Notes: generated from the sequence alone by a model not told the origin. A stretch of DNA of 64,000 nucleotides from Felis catus (GCF_018350175.1 NC_058368.1:42410001-42474000), one strand, 5' to 3'; positions 12,696 through 27,419 are shown, counted from the first letter of the stretch. Made by a program: numbers and translations.

Positions 12696-13133
12696 TATAA
12701 TATCTTCACTCACAATAAACTATAGAAGATTATCTCCTGAGTTCACTGTAAGCTCTACAGTCTACCCTTAAGTTGAACAGAATATACATTCATTTAACAT
12801 CAAGTAATTAACAAATACTTTTGGTTTAAAATATGATTTCCATTTTGTTTTCCTGATCAGTGACTTAGAGTCTTATATAAGACAAATCCACCTCATCTCC
12901 TTTTACTAAACACATTCTAGAGCAGAAAAACAACACAAAAACTACAAAATAATTTGAGGTATCTAAGTGAAAAACAAAATAAATGACCAAGACAAATATA
13001 AAACTGGTCATGTGTTATTACAAGGATAGTTAAAAAAAAACAATTAACTCTCTGAAATTTTCCTTTTTAACAAGCTTGGCTGACATCATATACAGACAGC
13101 TTTTAGTCTTCACATTAGCAATTCTCTTTCTCA

Positions 13134-14100
13134 CTATTCATTAGAAAACAAACATTGCTTGTCTACTATGTGCCAGGCACAATGAGAATATCAGAAATAC
13201 AATGACAAATGGTGCCTAGCTCCAAGAGTTCAGGGTTTAGTACAGAAACAGAAAAGAAAATAAACAATTAGAATTTGCCTTGTTATGCTCTAATAGAGGT
13301 ATGCAATGACATGGCAGGAGCCCTGTAGAGAAAGACCTAATGCTTCATAAGGAGTGTTAGGGTAGCAATTACATAAACATAATACCTGACAATCTGAGCT
13401 TAAAAAAGAGTTTGCCAGACAGAAATATTATAAATTAGAGGGAGTACATGGAAGGAGGTGATTTGAAAAACCATCAAGTTGTGAGAGAAAAAAAAGTCAT
13501 ATTTAGGGAATTTTAGAAAATTCAGTTTAGTTGGAACATGGGATTCATACAGCAATAAACTAGGATAATGTACAAAAAGGAAAAGTAAAAATAGCATGAC
13601 TTAAATATCATGAAAAAGACTTGTGTCTTTATCCTCAAGGGATAGGAAATTGCTTACAAATTTTATGCAAGAAAATGACATGCCAAATTTGTATTTTAGA
13701 ATGCTCTTCCTGGAAGTAATTTTGGAGATTGGATTGTTGGGGTAAGAGATGGAAGGCCAAGGAAGTGATTGGCATCTATTGCAGCAATCCATATAAAGAG
13801 TGATTAAGGATTGAAGCATGCTAGTTGAAGCAGGCACAGGAGAAATGTATGAATTTAAGAGATATACAGAAATTTGAGTCAATAGGACTTGGTAATCAGT
13901 TGGATGTGAGAAGTGAGAGGGAGGAGGAAAGGAAAAATCTAAGATTTCTGTGACAAAGTGAGTGCTAATATCAAATATTGGGATAAGACATATAGGAAAT
14001 AGTACAAAGGAAACCATGTGATAAAATTGCAGGGCCTATGGAAAACTGAGATAAAAATATGCAATCACTGGAAATATAGATTCAAATGATAGGAAAATGG
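13134..14100 (-). mobile_element. LINE-2 3' region
   Basis: CTACTATGTGCCAGGCAC is the reverse-complement L2 3' end, followed by about 900 bp of purine-rich L2-like sequence (AATAGGACTTGGTAATCAGTTGGATGTG). Confidence 0.75.
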
Positions 14101-14387
14101 GCTGGTTTAATAAGAGGAAAGAAATGCCTCAGAGTAGATGGAAAAGTATTGGCTCCTCTAATAAGAATCCAAAGTTAGAGCCTATATCAACATTAGTTGA
14201 TCTAGCAGTTTAATACTACCATCAATTTTTAGTTCCTTTATATATCTGTGGTCTATAGTTGTTTCATCACAAGTTTGCTATTTCTGATGGCGATGGGATG
14301 CCCCCCCCCCCAAGAACAATAATCATGATTTTGTTAGTGTGATTTTGTTGATGTCCTGTAGGAGAGCTGTGTGGGCTTTCTACTCTG

Positions 14388-14596
14388 TTTTTGTTTTTGT
14401 TTTAAGTTTATTTATTTCAAGACAAAGAGAGTATGAGCAGGATAGGGGCAGAGAGATGGGGGAGAGAGAATCCCAAACAGGTTCTGCACAGTCAGCGCAG
14501 AGTCCAATATGGGCTTAAACCCATGAACCATGAGATCATGACCTGAACTGAGATCAAGAGCCAGATGCTTAACCAACTGAACCACCCAGGTGCCCC
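14388..14596 (-). mobile_element. Can-SINE
   Basis: Reverse-complement head ...CCACCCAGGTGCCCC and (TTTTTG)n tail; no clear TSD. Confidence 0.93.
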
Positions 14597-17500
14597 TATC
14601 CTAGAGGCCACTGCAAATCAAACAGGCCACTGCAAGTCTCTCATCAAATTACTTTAAATTGGTTTAGACTAATCCATCCCTAACCTAGGGAAAGAAGAAT
14701 GGTATTAATAAAATTAGCTCATTTGAACAAAGTTCCAGCCCTGGAATGAGGGTTGGAACTGAGGAATAAACCCAAACACAATCAGGGGTCTATTGGGAAT
14801 GAGGAGTGGAGTCACAGATACGAGGCAGACAACCAAAAATGCCCATAAAGCTCAAGGAAGAAATTGGGCCAATTCCTAAAACTCCTTTATCCTGAAGCTG
14901 CATTCAAAGGGGGAAAAATGGAAAAAAGCAACATCATTTTGAAAAGTTTAAACTACCCATTGCATCCAAAAATAGTAAGAAATATAATCTTGTAACAAAA
15001 TTCTATTATTAGAGTGGCTGGAAAGATTACAATTCAGGTCACATTTTGTATGGATATCAAAATGATACCCAAAATGCCAATTCCACATGGAATTCTTAGT
15101 ACTTCTCAAAATTATTCACAGTGTTATTTTCATGTATGAAAGTGTGTGTTTGTGCACGATATATGCACACATACATACAAAGTGCAGTAACTCACTCATT
15201 TCTTTAGCCCCAAGAGAGTTATGCCCTGAGCTTGCTCCAGGCCATCCCTTTTAAAACAAGTCTAATGCTTTCAGTGGAGTATCGTAAGTGAAATGGCAGA
15301 TGTTAAAGTATATCCTGGGATCTTACAAAGGCTGCTGACTTTACACTATGGTTTCAGAGATAGGAAAAGGCTGTGACTAAATCTTACTGAACATTAATAA
15401 TTCAAGAAAATGAGCAAATTCATAGAGGTGGTGGGGGAGCCCCTTAAGGGCATGGATGTCAGTTTGTATCAGGGCTCCAGAGAAGGGGGAGAAATTATTC
15501 CCAGTGAAATGGAAGGGAGAGGGTAAAGAGGAAGCAGCTTAGGGGTATGGCCTCTCAAATCTTCAGCAAAACTACTAAAAATGTGAGATTCTTGCTGTAA
15601 GTGGATTTTTTTATGGAAAAATGAGGATGCCTGATCTGATATCCCATCAGATATCTAGAAGATACATGGTGAAGTGGAGACTGTGCACACACAGAGAGGG
15701 CAAAAATGAAGCAGACATCAGAGATGCCAGCCTTTGGGAATTTACAAATTGTGGGGAAAGACTGAGACATTCACAGGATATAACGAATGAGGGAGGCAGA
15801 GCAAGTTTACTCAGATCTCCAAGAGGCAGGGGGAGCCTCAGCAAAGATCTGGATAAAATAATATTTAAAAACAGAGCCCCTTAGTCTAGCATCCTTATCG
15901 TTTTGGTGCCTAATAAACAACTTTAGTGCCTCATGTGGTAAATGTTCTCAGTTGAGTTTGAGTTGTTCTACAACATGACTCAAACTCCCCTTTTCTATTT
16001 TATACTTTACCACTCTTTACATAAATCCTATGAATGTGTTTAATGTTCTTATCATGCCTACTAAAATTTAACTGAGTATGAGGAGATGCTTCAGTATTCC
16101 CTTCCAAAAGGAATAAATACTTGGCCTCATTTTGGCTGTCCAGAACAGCATGGGAAGAAACTTTCCATGATACTTTGGTGACTGTTGTCTCCTGATTACT
16201 TTTGGTACTCATTTTGTTTTTGTTTTCATTTTCTCTCTCTCTTTTTTTTAATTCTTATTTTTCTCTTTATTCCCGCTCCTCCTTCTGAATGGTACTGGGA
16301 TATTTTAATGGTCAAAGAGAAAGGGAAAAAGGAAGAATGTTTAACTAAGTGTAACTTTTCTCATCCACCTCAAATATAAACTCAAAACACCTCAAACATA
16401 GTTTATATTAGTAGGAGATCTTCATCTCAACAGATCAGAATTCCATCCTTGGCCAGTGGCCCATGCTATTATTCACACTATTATAATATGTTAAGAACAA
16501 AATCCCCCGAGAATATAATTATTATAAGATAATGTACTCACTTAGCTATGTGGGCTTCACTAGCAGTTATAAAACTGTTGCCAAGATTACACTCTAGCAA
16601 TTAGCCCTCAGTGTGGGCTGCTAATGGATTTTACACTCAGCTTTAAGACATAGACCCTAAGACTATTTTGGAAAATAACACTTGAAAGATGTTTTCAGAT
16701 TAACAGGGACAGAATAACAAATCTTGGTCAATCAAACAAACTTTTTTTCTGTTTGATAAAACTGATACAGCTTAATAAACATATTAGTAGTTGGATCACA
16801 AAAACAAATACAAAAACAAAAAGGCATGGCTTTTTTAAAAGACCTATGGTCACCTTCACAATGATCAACACAAAGATCAAAGATTTTGCAAACCCTGTTG
16901 CTTCACTATACGTTTTTAGTGTCTCATGAAACTGAGAATCTATGATGTTTTTGCTTATTTTATCACTCAGAGCAATCTATTGAGGGAATGTTTCACTGTG
17001 TCTGGGTGAGTCATTTGAGCTATAAACATAAAATTAAAACAGCAATGATCTATGATAACACAGGAAATGTATACCCCAAAAAAGGCTAAACCATAACCTA
17101 ACAGCAATAGGGAAAACACTAAGAAAACCCTCCTCACCCTGATGAGAAGAAAATATGATCTTATTTTTATTTGACAAAATAAAAGCCCAAACAATTGAGA
17201 AATAAGGGACATAAAAGATCAGTTCATCTTAACAAACCTTACTAACTATCCAATATGTCAATAAATCATAGTCTCTGTCACACAGAGGAATTAGAGACAT
17301 GCAAAGATAACTTCAATATAATCTAGTAAATATTCTGATAAGACATTTCAAGTAAAGCAATGCATGTAATGGATTTATCATCATGCCTGCATAGTAAGCA
17401 CATAATATAATATATACATATATAGATAATATGCACATAACATAAATTGCTAATTGAGGAATGAATGAGATGCACTGAGACAAGACTAGTGATGTTTTCT

Positions 17501-18237
17501 TGGTTATATAACTAGTGGCAAAACCAGCTAGAATCCAGGTTTCTTAACACCCACTCTAATGCCTTTTCCAAAAGGCCATGGTGCTCACAGGCTCTACTGG
17601 GATGAAATCTTCAATTGAATAATAAGCAGCACCTGCTGAAGTACACTTGCCATTCTTTCCTCCTCAACCCCAACGCGAGAAAAAACAAAACACTTTCTAA
17701 ATATTCAAGTTATGTATTTCTAATTATAGCCGTAACCAAAATGACATCTGCGATAGAAAAGAATGGCATTTTCTTTTTGATTTCATATATATAAATAAGT
17801 CTCCCAGCATTTCAAAGGTTAAGTTATGCAAAACATATAGTTATATACAAGGGACTCTCCCTCCTTCTGTTCATTGGAAATTGACATCCAGAAGGTATTC
17901 TCTACCAGTGTTCTATTTCTTTCCCACCCTTGCTGCCTATCGATTTGGGATCATTTCACCATGAGAAGTTCTTCATACAACTTCACAAATAGATGCAGGA
18001 AAGAATAAGTGTAATGACCTTAAGTAAAACAAAACATATTAGTGAAAATGTACAATGTACAATTCCGAGTAAAACAGGTCCTTAACAGCACGCCACAAAA
18101 ATCTTGTGTTCTAATATATGCCTACTTATACTGAAAGCCAACTCTCCTGATGTTAAAAATATTATGTGTAGTGAGATGGGAAAACTAATGTCAAATTGAA
18201 AGGCTGATGTAAGGACTTACATGGATCACCACTTTAA

Positions 18238-18443
18238 ATTTTTTTTAACGTTTATTTTTGAGACAGAGAGAGACAGCATGAACAGGGGAGGGGCAGAGAG
18301 AGAGGGAGACACAGAATCGGAAGCAGGCTCCAGGCTCTGAGCCATCAGCCCAGAGCCAGACACGGGGCTTGAACTCATGGACCGCAAGATTGTGACCTGA
18401 GCTGAAGTTGGACGCTTAACCGACTGAGCCACCCAGGTGCCCC
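18238..18443 (-). mobile_element. Felid Can-SINE
   Basis: Full body in reverse; TSD TGGATCACCACTTTAA (18222-18237) / TGGATTACTACTTTAA (18444-18459), 14/16 identical. Confidence 0.97.
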
Positions 18444-20868
18444 TGGATTACTACTTTAAGATTATTCACCCCAAACAATGTACAGCATAGGACCACTTTC
18501 TCTATGGTATGGCAAAACTATGGTACACTCTATGAACCAGATTTCTTTGAAAAATCAATTCAGAGGGATTAATTACTTGAGAAAATGGTTGTTTCTGAGA
18601 CTGCACTGTTTTTTTCTGTAATAGAAAAACTATCCTTAATTTTTCCGTAATCCTTGATTATCAACCTCAAAACCTAAGATTCCAAAGATACAGTGAAATT
18701 GATCCCCAAAAGAGATATCAACAAGTTATTCATTTCAAAAAGGATCCAAATACTTGCTCATCTTATAGTCTAACATGAGACCTCTTCATTCATATCTATT
18801 GGCTAAAAATGGCATGGAAACCAGTGTTTAATAGCTTGACTGGGTGTATTTTTCCCCTTGTATAAATCTCTCTCTCTCCCAAGTGGTTCACAAACACTGC
18901 ATTTTTCCTAAAAGGTACAGTAAATTTTATATATGTGCCATAAGTGGCTCTAAAGACAAGCCCTTGCCCATATGCTCAGGGCCTGAAGTGACATTGTCAG
19001 GAGTGAGGGGGAATAAGGCCATGCTTCTAAAAGCATAACATGCTGCCTGTCCCTTCTGTTTGTTTTCATGCGCTTGTGCAGTGACTCAGGGCATTTACTC
19101 CCACACAGATGTATATTCTCAGCCTCAGAGGAAGGAGGCCAAAAGAAAGAAATTAGACTGCATGGGAAAACAAAGATAACAGTAAATGGGTGGGAGGGGG
19201 ATAGAACAAATGTGTACTGAATGGAGTTTCCCTAGGCCTGCTAACTCTGAAGCTATTTGGCTTTAATTAAAAGCTCGATAAAGCCTATCCCTCTCCCCCT
19301 AGATTGTGGGCAGTTTATAGGCAGGGCCTCTGCCTTATTCACAGGTATGCCCTGCTCAGTGGCTCACAGAGTTTTTATACACAGCAGGTGTTCATATCAT
19401 GTCTGTAGAATTGAATCTGCTGCTGGGTTAGTTCTGTTATACCGACAGGCAAACATGGGGGCCTGTTACAGTTTGAATTAAAAGCAAAACCACTGGAAGA
19501 CACTATAATACTAAAATACCTGCAGGCTTTGTAGTGGTGACATGTGCTTAAAGCCTTAGGAGACCTAAAATTGTAGTCACCCTTGAAAGGTAAATTACTT
19601 TTTAGATGTGACTGCATTGTAATCAGATATTTCTAATAGTCTAAAATTTAAAATGATCATCTCTCTTTAAGCTTTAGCTTTCCTTAATCAATATTTTTGT
19701 AATCTTAATGGAAATTGGCTTTCTTGAATACTAGGCTGCGTTTATTAAAACATGAATAAATGTAAAAAATTATATTTGAGTGATATAGAATTATTTCATG
19801 TACCTAGCACATTCCTTTAAAAAGAATCTTGAGCATATTATTATATGGTCCTGATGAACTATTTTACAGGCACATATTAAGAGTTGATGTTACTAATAGT
19901 AGATATCTGCAAATCATGGAAAATTTCCTATATTGCCTATACTGTCTTATACTTGGACATCTATAACAATAGGGATGAAACACATTCCAAGCATTATGAA
20001 AAAAGCAATCAGGTTGTTCTTCCCTACAATGCACAGAGCTTTCTCAAGGGGCAGATTATTACAGTTCTCACCTCACTGTTGGTGGAGAAGCCCAAAAGGC
20101 ATATGTATATATATTAAGAACTTATTAACAACTTTTGTAGGAATCTTTGCCTGTGGATAACTATAAAGAAGCCACGTGCTATTAACAAGGTGCCAAATAT
20201 TTACTGGTAGCTGGCTGAGTATCCTCATCTTCTCTTCAGGGTTAACTTTGCAAACAAAAGAAATATCTACCTTGCCAGTCTATGAAATAACTTCTAATTT
20301 AAGAAAGTACATTAGCAGTTTAAGAAGTTTAAAGCATCTGTAGGAAAATGATACATTCAGGAAAAACACAAAATATATAATCATAAATACTATTTTCCAT
20401 CATATTCTGAAGAACTGCATGTAGCCAAAAAATTCTGCAGATAGACAGCAAGACAAGATATCCAACAGTTAGTGTTTGTTCTGCTTCTTGCCTTCAGAGA
20501 ACAATGAATTCAGATGGAACAATAGCAAATTCAGAAGGAATCACAAAGAATGAAGATGTTATCTAGTTGACCTTAAATGTTTGTCACAAGATTTCCCGCA
20601 GGTGCTTCTGAATCCCAGGCTGATCCTATGTGGGGTGCACAGTATGGCACACAATAATGAAATACTTTGGTTTTAAAAATGAAAACATATTATTTTCTTC
20701 ACTAGAGATTTGCTCTTTGCAGATGGATTTCCCCTCCAAATTTTGGTCGTAAGAGATATCCCATGATCTGATATTTATTCTGAAGAGTTCCTTAAATATG
20801 TTTAATAAATTCACTGTTCTTTGGATCTAATCTGTTTGAGCTCTCCACACACCCCTGAGTAGGTAGGG

Positions 20869-20872
<4 letters not shown>

Positions 20873-20919
<47 letters not shown>
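20873..20919. repeat. (CA)n microsatellite, about 23 units
   Basis: Read directly from the sequence. Confidence 0.99.
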
Positions 20920-20920
<1 letters not shown>

Positions 20921-22247
20921 CTTTACCATAATGAAAATCAATCGGTGATATACCCACTCAGTTCCTACCATATTGGTAGTTAGTTTATATTTATAACTCT
21001 TCCACTTTTCTCAGAATGACTCTTTCAATGTGATATTCACTGGGTATTTATAAGAAGCACTAATAATGATGTTCTTAGCAAGCTCATGAAAATTAAACCT
21101 AAGCAAGAATGAAAAAGAGAGCAGAACCCAGTTTATAGTGAAGTTATCACAAGCTTACTCATCTATAAGCAGTATTTAGCTGCATATTGTTATGTTACAA
21201 AGCACTTCTAAAATATGCTATCATTTGGCTCAAACTTAACGGAAGCTTAGGATTGGTACTTCAATGACTGGAACAGTGACTCTGTCTAGACTAAGATATG
21301 AAACTAATGAAACTGGCAAGTTGTCGTCGTTAAGCCAACAAATTCTCTGCTCTAAAAATCATGTCTATCTGACAAGCAGGAGGTTATGTCTCATAGCAGA
21401 TCCTAGAGCAGTTACATTCTCTCAGATTTCCATATTTCATATTGCTTCTTTTTCCCTAGATACAAAACAACAAGTATTGATTCCATATCACCCTGCTGTC
21501 TATTTTAATTGAAATCTTCAGCATACGCAAACATGTCCAGAGTCAGTAATAAAAAATACAACTAAAAGCTCAACAAGCAATATATATAGATCTTTGGGGG
21601 ATTAGAAATGTTATTCCTTCACTTGGTTTTTGAATTGTATCAATGGCTATAAATGAAGATGCAGTAGCTCTAGGAATCAGACTCTACTCAGAGCATAGAT
21701 AAAGTAGAGAATGTTTTAAGATTCCTTGAATAGAACTTGCTCCAAAATAATTACCTACCAGACTGATCTTGGCAATGAAAATACCTACTCTTACAGCCTT
21801 TAGGTTAAACCATTTTATCTCCGAAAGTGCTTATAAAATGCAAAAACATTAATAAAGGGGAAGAAAACATTAGCTAGTTTGAAATTAGCACTGATGTGCT
21901 AACCATCCTCTCCTGTCTCCATCTTTCTGGGAGATGGGTCTGCATAATCTGGAGTAAGGATCCATGGTTCTTAATGAAGGTTAAAAAGCCAGCAGCACAA
22001 TGAAAAAGGTAAAACAATATGAAAATCCATTCTCAAATAGTGAGGGGCCAAGAGGAAAAGACTTAAGGGAAACTGGTCATTTTTTACAACTTTGGCAAGA
22101 AAAACCATCCACCTCTCAACTTTTCTCTCTGTCTCCTAATATATGTTAAGATGCCTTCGTATTTGTTAGGTCGCATCTTAGTAGGCAGGATGAAGAGATT
22201 ATACAAAAGTAAACTCATTGGAATAACTTATATTGGGAAATATCCAG

Positions 22248-22465
22248 ATAATAGCTGCCATTTATGATGTGTCTTAAGTGTTCCAGGTACTGTGTTAGTA
22301 CTATATGATATTTTTAAAACTTAACTCAGCCATGCAAGACTGATATTACAGTCCATATTTTATAGATGGGGGAAATAAAACCTAAAGAAATTAAGTGGCA
22401 TACACAAAGTCACTCAGCTACAAAGGATGTGCTTGGAATTGGGTTCTCATGTTTCTGAATCCAAA
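22248..22465 (-). mobile_element. MIR SINE
   Basis: Reverse-complement MIR core CCATATTTTATAGATGGGGGAAATAAAACCTAAAGAAATTAAGTGGC...AAAGTCACTCAGCTA. Confidence 0.75.
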
Positions 22466-22559
22466 TTCAATTTCCCAAATAAATATATACTGGGGAATAT
22501 CAACAAACAGTAGCAGGATGAGTGTAAACAAATAGAATGAGGCACATATACAACAGCGG

Positions 22560-23400
22560 GGCCAGTAGGAGAGGGCCAAGGAGATCCCCTGAGAAATGTC
22601 ACTTGAAGTGAGAGTAGAAGTTACCCCTTTAAGGAGCAGAGGAGAGGAGAAAAGGAAGATGATTTCTGGCAGAGGAAAAGCACATCCTCAGGTCAGGAGG
22701 GAAAGGAGGCTGAAGGGCTCTAGGAACTAAAAGATGTGAAGTTAAAGGGTCAGTATGCAGATCACCCTGTAAGCCCTGTTAAAGATGTGGGTGGTTATTT
22801 GAAGGATAACTAAAAATCCAGGGGAAGCTCTAGTTGCAGAATCATACCTGTAATCCTGCTAGCACCTTAAAACATTAAAAAAAAAAAAAGCATACACACA
22901 GAGGGCTTAAGAGGGGATGAAAGAAGACCAGGTGGGAGGGAGGTGCCGCCACTGAGATGAAAGGCTGGTACAAGTGGTGGGTGAATGTGCGATGGGAGGA
23001 AGTGAGCTATTTATATAAATTGCATATAAACGCATATATAAATATATAAATTCATGAGATACGTATTAGGCAGAAAGAGCTGACTTTGTGATTTACTTGT
23101 GCAGGTAGAGGGTAGGGAACAAAGGAGTACTGAAGGTTTCTGGTTGGACGAAGTGGCATGCTGTTCACTAAAACAAGCTACAAAGGCAGAGCATAGATAG
23201 AACCATTGTAGACAAGGGTGAGTTTGATGCACAGCAGATATCCGTATGGTGTTGCCCATATGGACATGACAAGTGCAGTTCTATCAGTTTGAAAGGAAGC
23301 AGTCATCTAGAGATGCAGCTCATAGTCTGAGAAAGGGTAGAGAGGTCAAGCACAACAGAGTGCCTTGTTTCAGAGAAGCCAGAGGGAGCAGGAGAGATCC
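22560..23400 (-). mobile_element. LINE-2 fragment
   Basis: Purine-rich L2-like motifs (CCCTGAGAAATGTCACTTGAAGTGAG, TCTGGCAGAGGAAAAGCACA, GAAGGTTTCTGGTTGG); boundaries approximate. Confidence 0.6.
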
Positions 23401-23969
23401 TAAGGTAGAGGAAAGAAAGGTCATCTGAGTAAAACTTACATTATGGCATAATTATCTCTGAAAGTGAAATAAAACGGGAAATTCAATTTCCATCTAGATT
23501 GTCCAATCCATTTTATTAAAAATGGGGTGGGAGAGGAATTTGTGCCAGAGCTTTGTCCAAAGATGAGTGCCATACATATATCCAGAACCTCACTATCATC
23601 AGGAACCTCAGAATGAAAGAGTGGAGCAGAAGGATATGGAAGCCACAAATAGCACAGAAGAAACAGGACACAGGACAAGAAATAGCAGTGTTCATAATGA
23701 ACGAACAAAGTGTGGTGTTCTGGGGTGGGAAATTTCAGTTAACCACATAAAACATGATAAAAGATATTAAAAGGGGTGGGGGGAGGGGGGCAGAGACACA
23801 CATAAAAACATTAGGACTTGGTCTCTCTTGCTCTCATCCCCTCTTTCCAAATAGGGTCTCCAGTCCATAAGCTATCTCAAAACAGTAATTTACACTGAAT
23901 TCATGTTCTCCATATTTGTGCATCAAAACAAAGTCAATAATGCAAAATACCCTTGTGATGTATTGGTAA

Positions 23970-23971
<2 letters not shown>

Positions 23972-24019
<48 letters not shown>
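23972..24019. repeat. (AC)n microsatellite, about 24 units
   Basis: Read directly from the sequence. Confidence 0.99.
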
Positions 24020-24021
<2 letters not shown>

Positions 24022-24637
24022 TTTGTCTTTTAGGCAAAGTTGACATTTAAGTATGTTAATGATACAGATGACACACTGAAGTTTATTATTACAATATTTA
24101 TCAATACTCATGTTTGAAACTAGTTTTGTGATTACTTGAATAACATTTAATGACTACTAACAATATTCCAGGTATTGTTCTAAACAATTTATAGCTACTA
24201 ATTCATTGAACCCTCATAAAAATCCAGTGAGCTAGAGGTCATTATACTCCTTTCAGTGGAGGAAAATATCCTAAAATGCTCTACAATTATAGAATCGTTG
24301 AATTGTCATCAATGGAAGATACAAACTGTTGATTCCCCTCATTCACCCACTTACCCACTTTGGGGGAAAAACAGCAAATCAGGGGCAACAGATAGACTGA
24401 CAAAAATAAAGGGAAAAAAAGAAGTGGAGGGATAAACCATTAAAGTTTTCTTCCTATTCTTTCTGACCATATATTTAGTATCACTTCTCAAATCTCTTCA
24501 AATATCAATAATAGTTCACTTTAATTGAAGATACATAACTTAGTTAACAAAGTAATACGCTGGGAAATAAAATTCTATTTTGAGATTATCATTGCTATTT
24601 CCATATATTTTAATCTGTAAATGAAAGCGTAAGTATA

Positions 24638-24640
<3 letters not shown>

Positions 24641-24677
<37 letters not shown>

Positions 24678-24723
24678 TATGCACATACACATACATACAC
24701 ACACACACACATACACACACACA
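24641..24723. repeat. Compound (AT)n/(CA)n microsatellite
   Basis: Read directly from the sequence. Confidence 0.97.
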
Positions 24724-26424
24724 AACAGGCAAAGATCTTTGCTTATTTTTTCTGGGAATATGTGAGCTTTTGTACATAGTAGTTCAAAAGATGTTGGATT
24801 AGTTACTGTTGATTGTGTTGTATGTTCTAATTTTGTCTGAAAAAAAAATCATCTAAGATCTGTAAAAGACCTAAGTGGCAGCCTTTGAGGTTAGATAAAT
24901 TAGAAGTAGTAAAACGTCAGAGTTTTTCTAGCTATCTTTTACTAATTCACATATGATGGGTAAATGTAAGTTTTTGACAGTTATTATGTTAACATTTTCA
25001 ACACTTCAGAATAAAAAAATAAAACTGCAATGCTTGAATGTTAAGAAACTTGTTATAATCAAAACAGCTTGAAGGGTTAAAAGTAGAAATAACAGGACTA
25101 AATTCACCCTGAGAAAAATCACAATCCTTAATGTCAGGAATGTTTACTTCCCAGCATCTGTCATATTATCTGGCACTGGGACTTGTATTCAGTAGATACT
25201 CAAAAAAATATGCATTTCTACATGGATAAATGCATGAACGTGCTTGCATGGACAATAATAGGATAAGCACATTCTATTTGTTAAGACCATCAAAGAACTG
25301 TATGATGTTAAATGTATCCTGAGGTGCTAAATTCTTGCTTAAAGTTCTCAACCTTATGTTGATCCTGTTATGAAACTCAATTTCCCTTTAGTGGATTATA
25401 ATTTGTTGTTTCTACTTAAAAGTCATTGAACTACATTGATCCTACCTGATTTTTTTCTATTTTAGGAAAATATTGCACTTACTAAGAAATATTATTTGCT
25501 TTGACATTTTTCATGTTATTACAGTACGTTTGCTGAAACACTAAATATAAGAATAATAGTTGCTATAGGAAACATTGGTCAAAATAAACTCTAAGAAGTT
25601 CCAAACAGTTTACAAATATCAAATTATTTTTCTGAAAATTCTGATATATTTGCTGAGATTTTAAAATAAATACATGTATATCTCAACAGGTTGTGTGGGC
25701 AGAATCAGTAGTCATCCAATCTATATTCACTGTCTTTAAAAGCACAGTACTTCCCCTAGGATTTTTGTCATATTCAAAGGGAATTATGAATTCTAGACAT
25801 GGGCGGGGGGGGGGGGGGTAAGAGGGGTCATATTTTATGAAAAAAAAATCTACACAGAAACAGTGCAAGCAGTTACAGAATACATAAATAGCATATTTTA
25901 GGAAATGCAAAATGCACGGCCTTACTAAAGTGGAATCTACAAAACTGAGTGCTATTATTTTAAAAGAAGAACCACAAGATATTAGGATATTTAAAAGAGG
26001 TCTTGTCAATTCTCATAGGCGTTAATGTAGTAAATGAGGCCAGGGCTGCAATTTACTTATTTAAGAGACAAGTACTTATTTGTTTAGAAGAATGGATGGC
26101 ACTTAAAAAAACAGCACTAAGAGTCTAATTAACAAAAATGTGATTATTTCTGGATCTGATTGCTACATCTATTCTAGTCAGAGAGGTGACCAGATACTGA
26201 GTATGTCTGTCTATTTTTATATCTCTGTGTTTGAATTCCCAGTAAGATGCACAGTCAGTTATTCACTAATAATTATATTCACTAAAGGAAGGGACAGAGG
26301 TCCAACATTACAGATGATAAACAAGCTTTCTTGGTAGAAATGTATCTCAGGGGAATTATTTAAGGAAGACCCCTACCCTTTCAGTTCCTTGTTCTCCATG
26401 AGGGACAACAAAGCATAAAACCAT

Positions 26425-26687
26425 GAGCCCATGTTCTAGAGTCAGAATGCCTGGGCTTACATCATGGCTCTATAATAGTGTATAAACCTTGACCAATTAA
26501 TCTCTCCATTCATTTAATTCTCTGTTAAATGCAGGTGAAAATTGCACCTTAGTAATTATATGGATAACAGGATTATATGGGATACTACATGTAAAGCACT
26601 TTATATAGGGCCTGGTACTCCATGAGTGTGAGTGGATGCTTTATCATCATTATCGTCATCATCATCATCATTATCATCATCATCATC
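26425..26687 (+). mobile_element. MIR SINE with an (ATC)n microsatellite grown from its tail (26643-26687)
   Basis: CTAGAGTCAGAATGCCTGGG...CATGTAAAGCACTT...GCCTGGTAC followed by (ATC)n. Confidence 0.75.
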
Positions 26688-26959
26688 CACACTATCACAA
26701 AGACAGGAAGAGCAGATTCAATCCAAGCTTTTAAGCCAGCACTATGATGTAGGCACCATTTTATATATACTATGCAAAGAATGTAAGATACAAAGATGAA
26801 CGACTATTTATTCTGTAACTATATTACTATACTATTCATCATATATTCTCAGATTCATGACAATATAGATATTTAATTAAAAATATATAAATCATCACCA
26901 TGAAATGGGTATTCTTATCTTTTTAACATTTCTAGTTGATTATCAGCTTCTTTGAAAAC

Positions 26960-27083
26960 CAGTGGCTCTCAATTAAGGGTGAAGCTACTTGATGTGTCTC
27001 CCTGGCATACCAGGGAGGAATACCAGGGACTTGAAAAAGCTACATCAAGAAATCTGAACGTGTTCTCCAGGTTGAAATCCATG
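26960..27083. mobile_element. MER5-like hAT-Charlie relic
   Basis: CAGTGGCTCTCAA...CCAGGTTGAAATCCATG degenerate terminal inverted repeats. Confidence 0.5.
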
Positions 27084-27419
27084 ATTCAGTGTATATTTTC
27101 CTTAGAAGAATGGCTACTTCGTTGCTGAATGATATTAACTGGCCAGCCTAAATCTGGATGACTGGAGCTTTTGAGAGAGATGCTAAAGTTGATTCTGTAT
27201 CCTAAAGTTGATTCTGTATCCACAGAGATGAATGGGTATAGTCTTGGTAGCCTTTGGGACCACTGGCATAGTGACTTAGAAATAACCAAATGTGTAGAAA
27301 GTTAACAAGCCACTGTCTCTGCTTTCCTAAAAGTCAATACCATTGATATACTGTTTGGGAACCTTTGCCCTCAGAGTATAGCAGACAGAGAACAGATTTT
27401 AAGAACAAAACAACAGCTA

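Noticed and set aside
13601..14017. 138-aa minus-strand ORF
   Set aside because: It lies wholly in an L2 relic and has no splice or homology support for a host gene.
1781..15356. 15-bp exact match TACACTATGGTTTCA at 1781 and 15342
   Set aside because: One or two matches of this length are expected by chance in 64 kb, and there is no flanking similarity.
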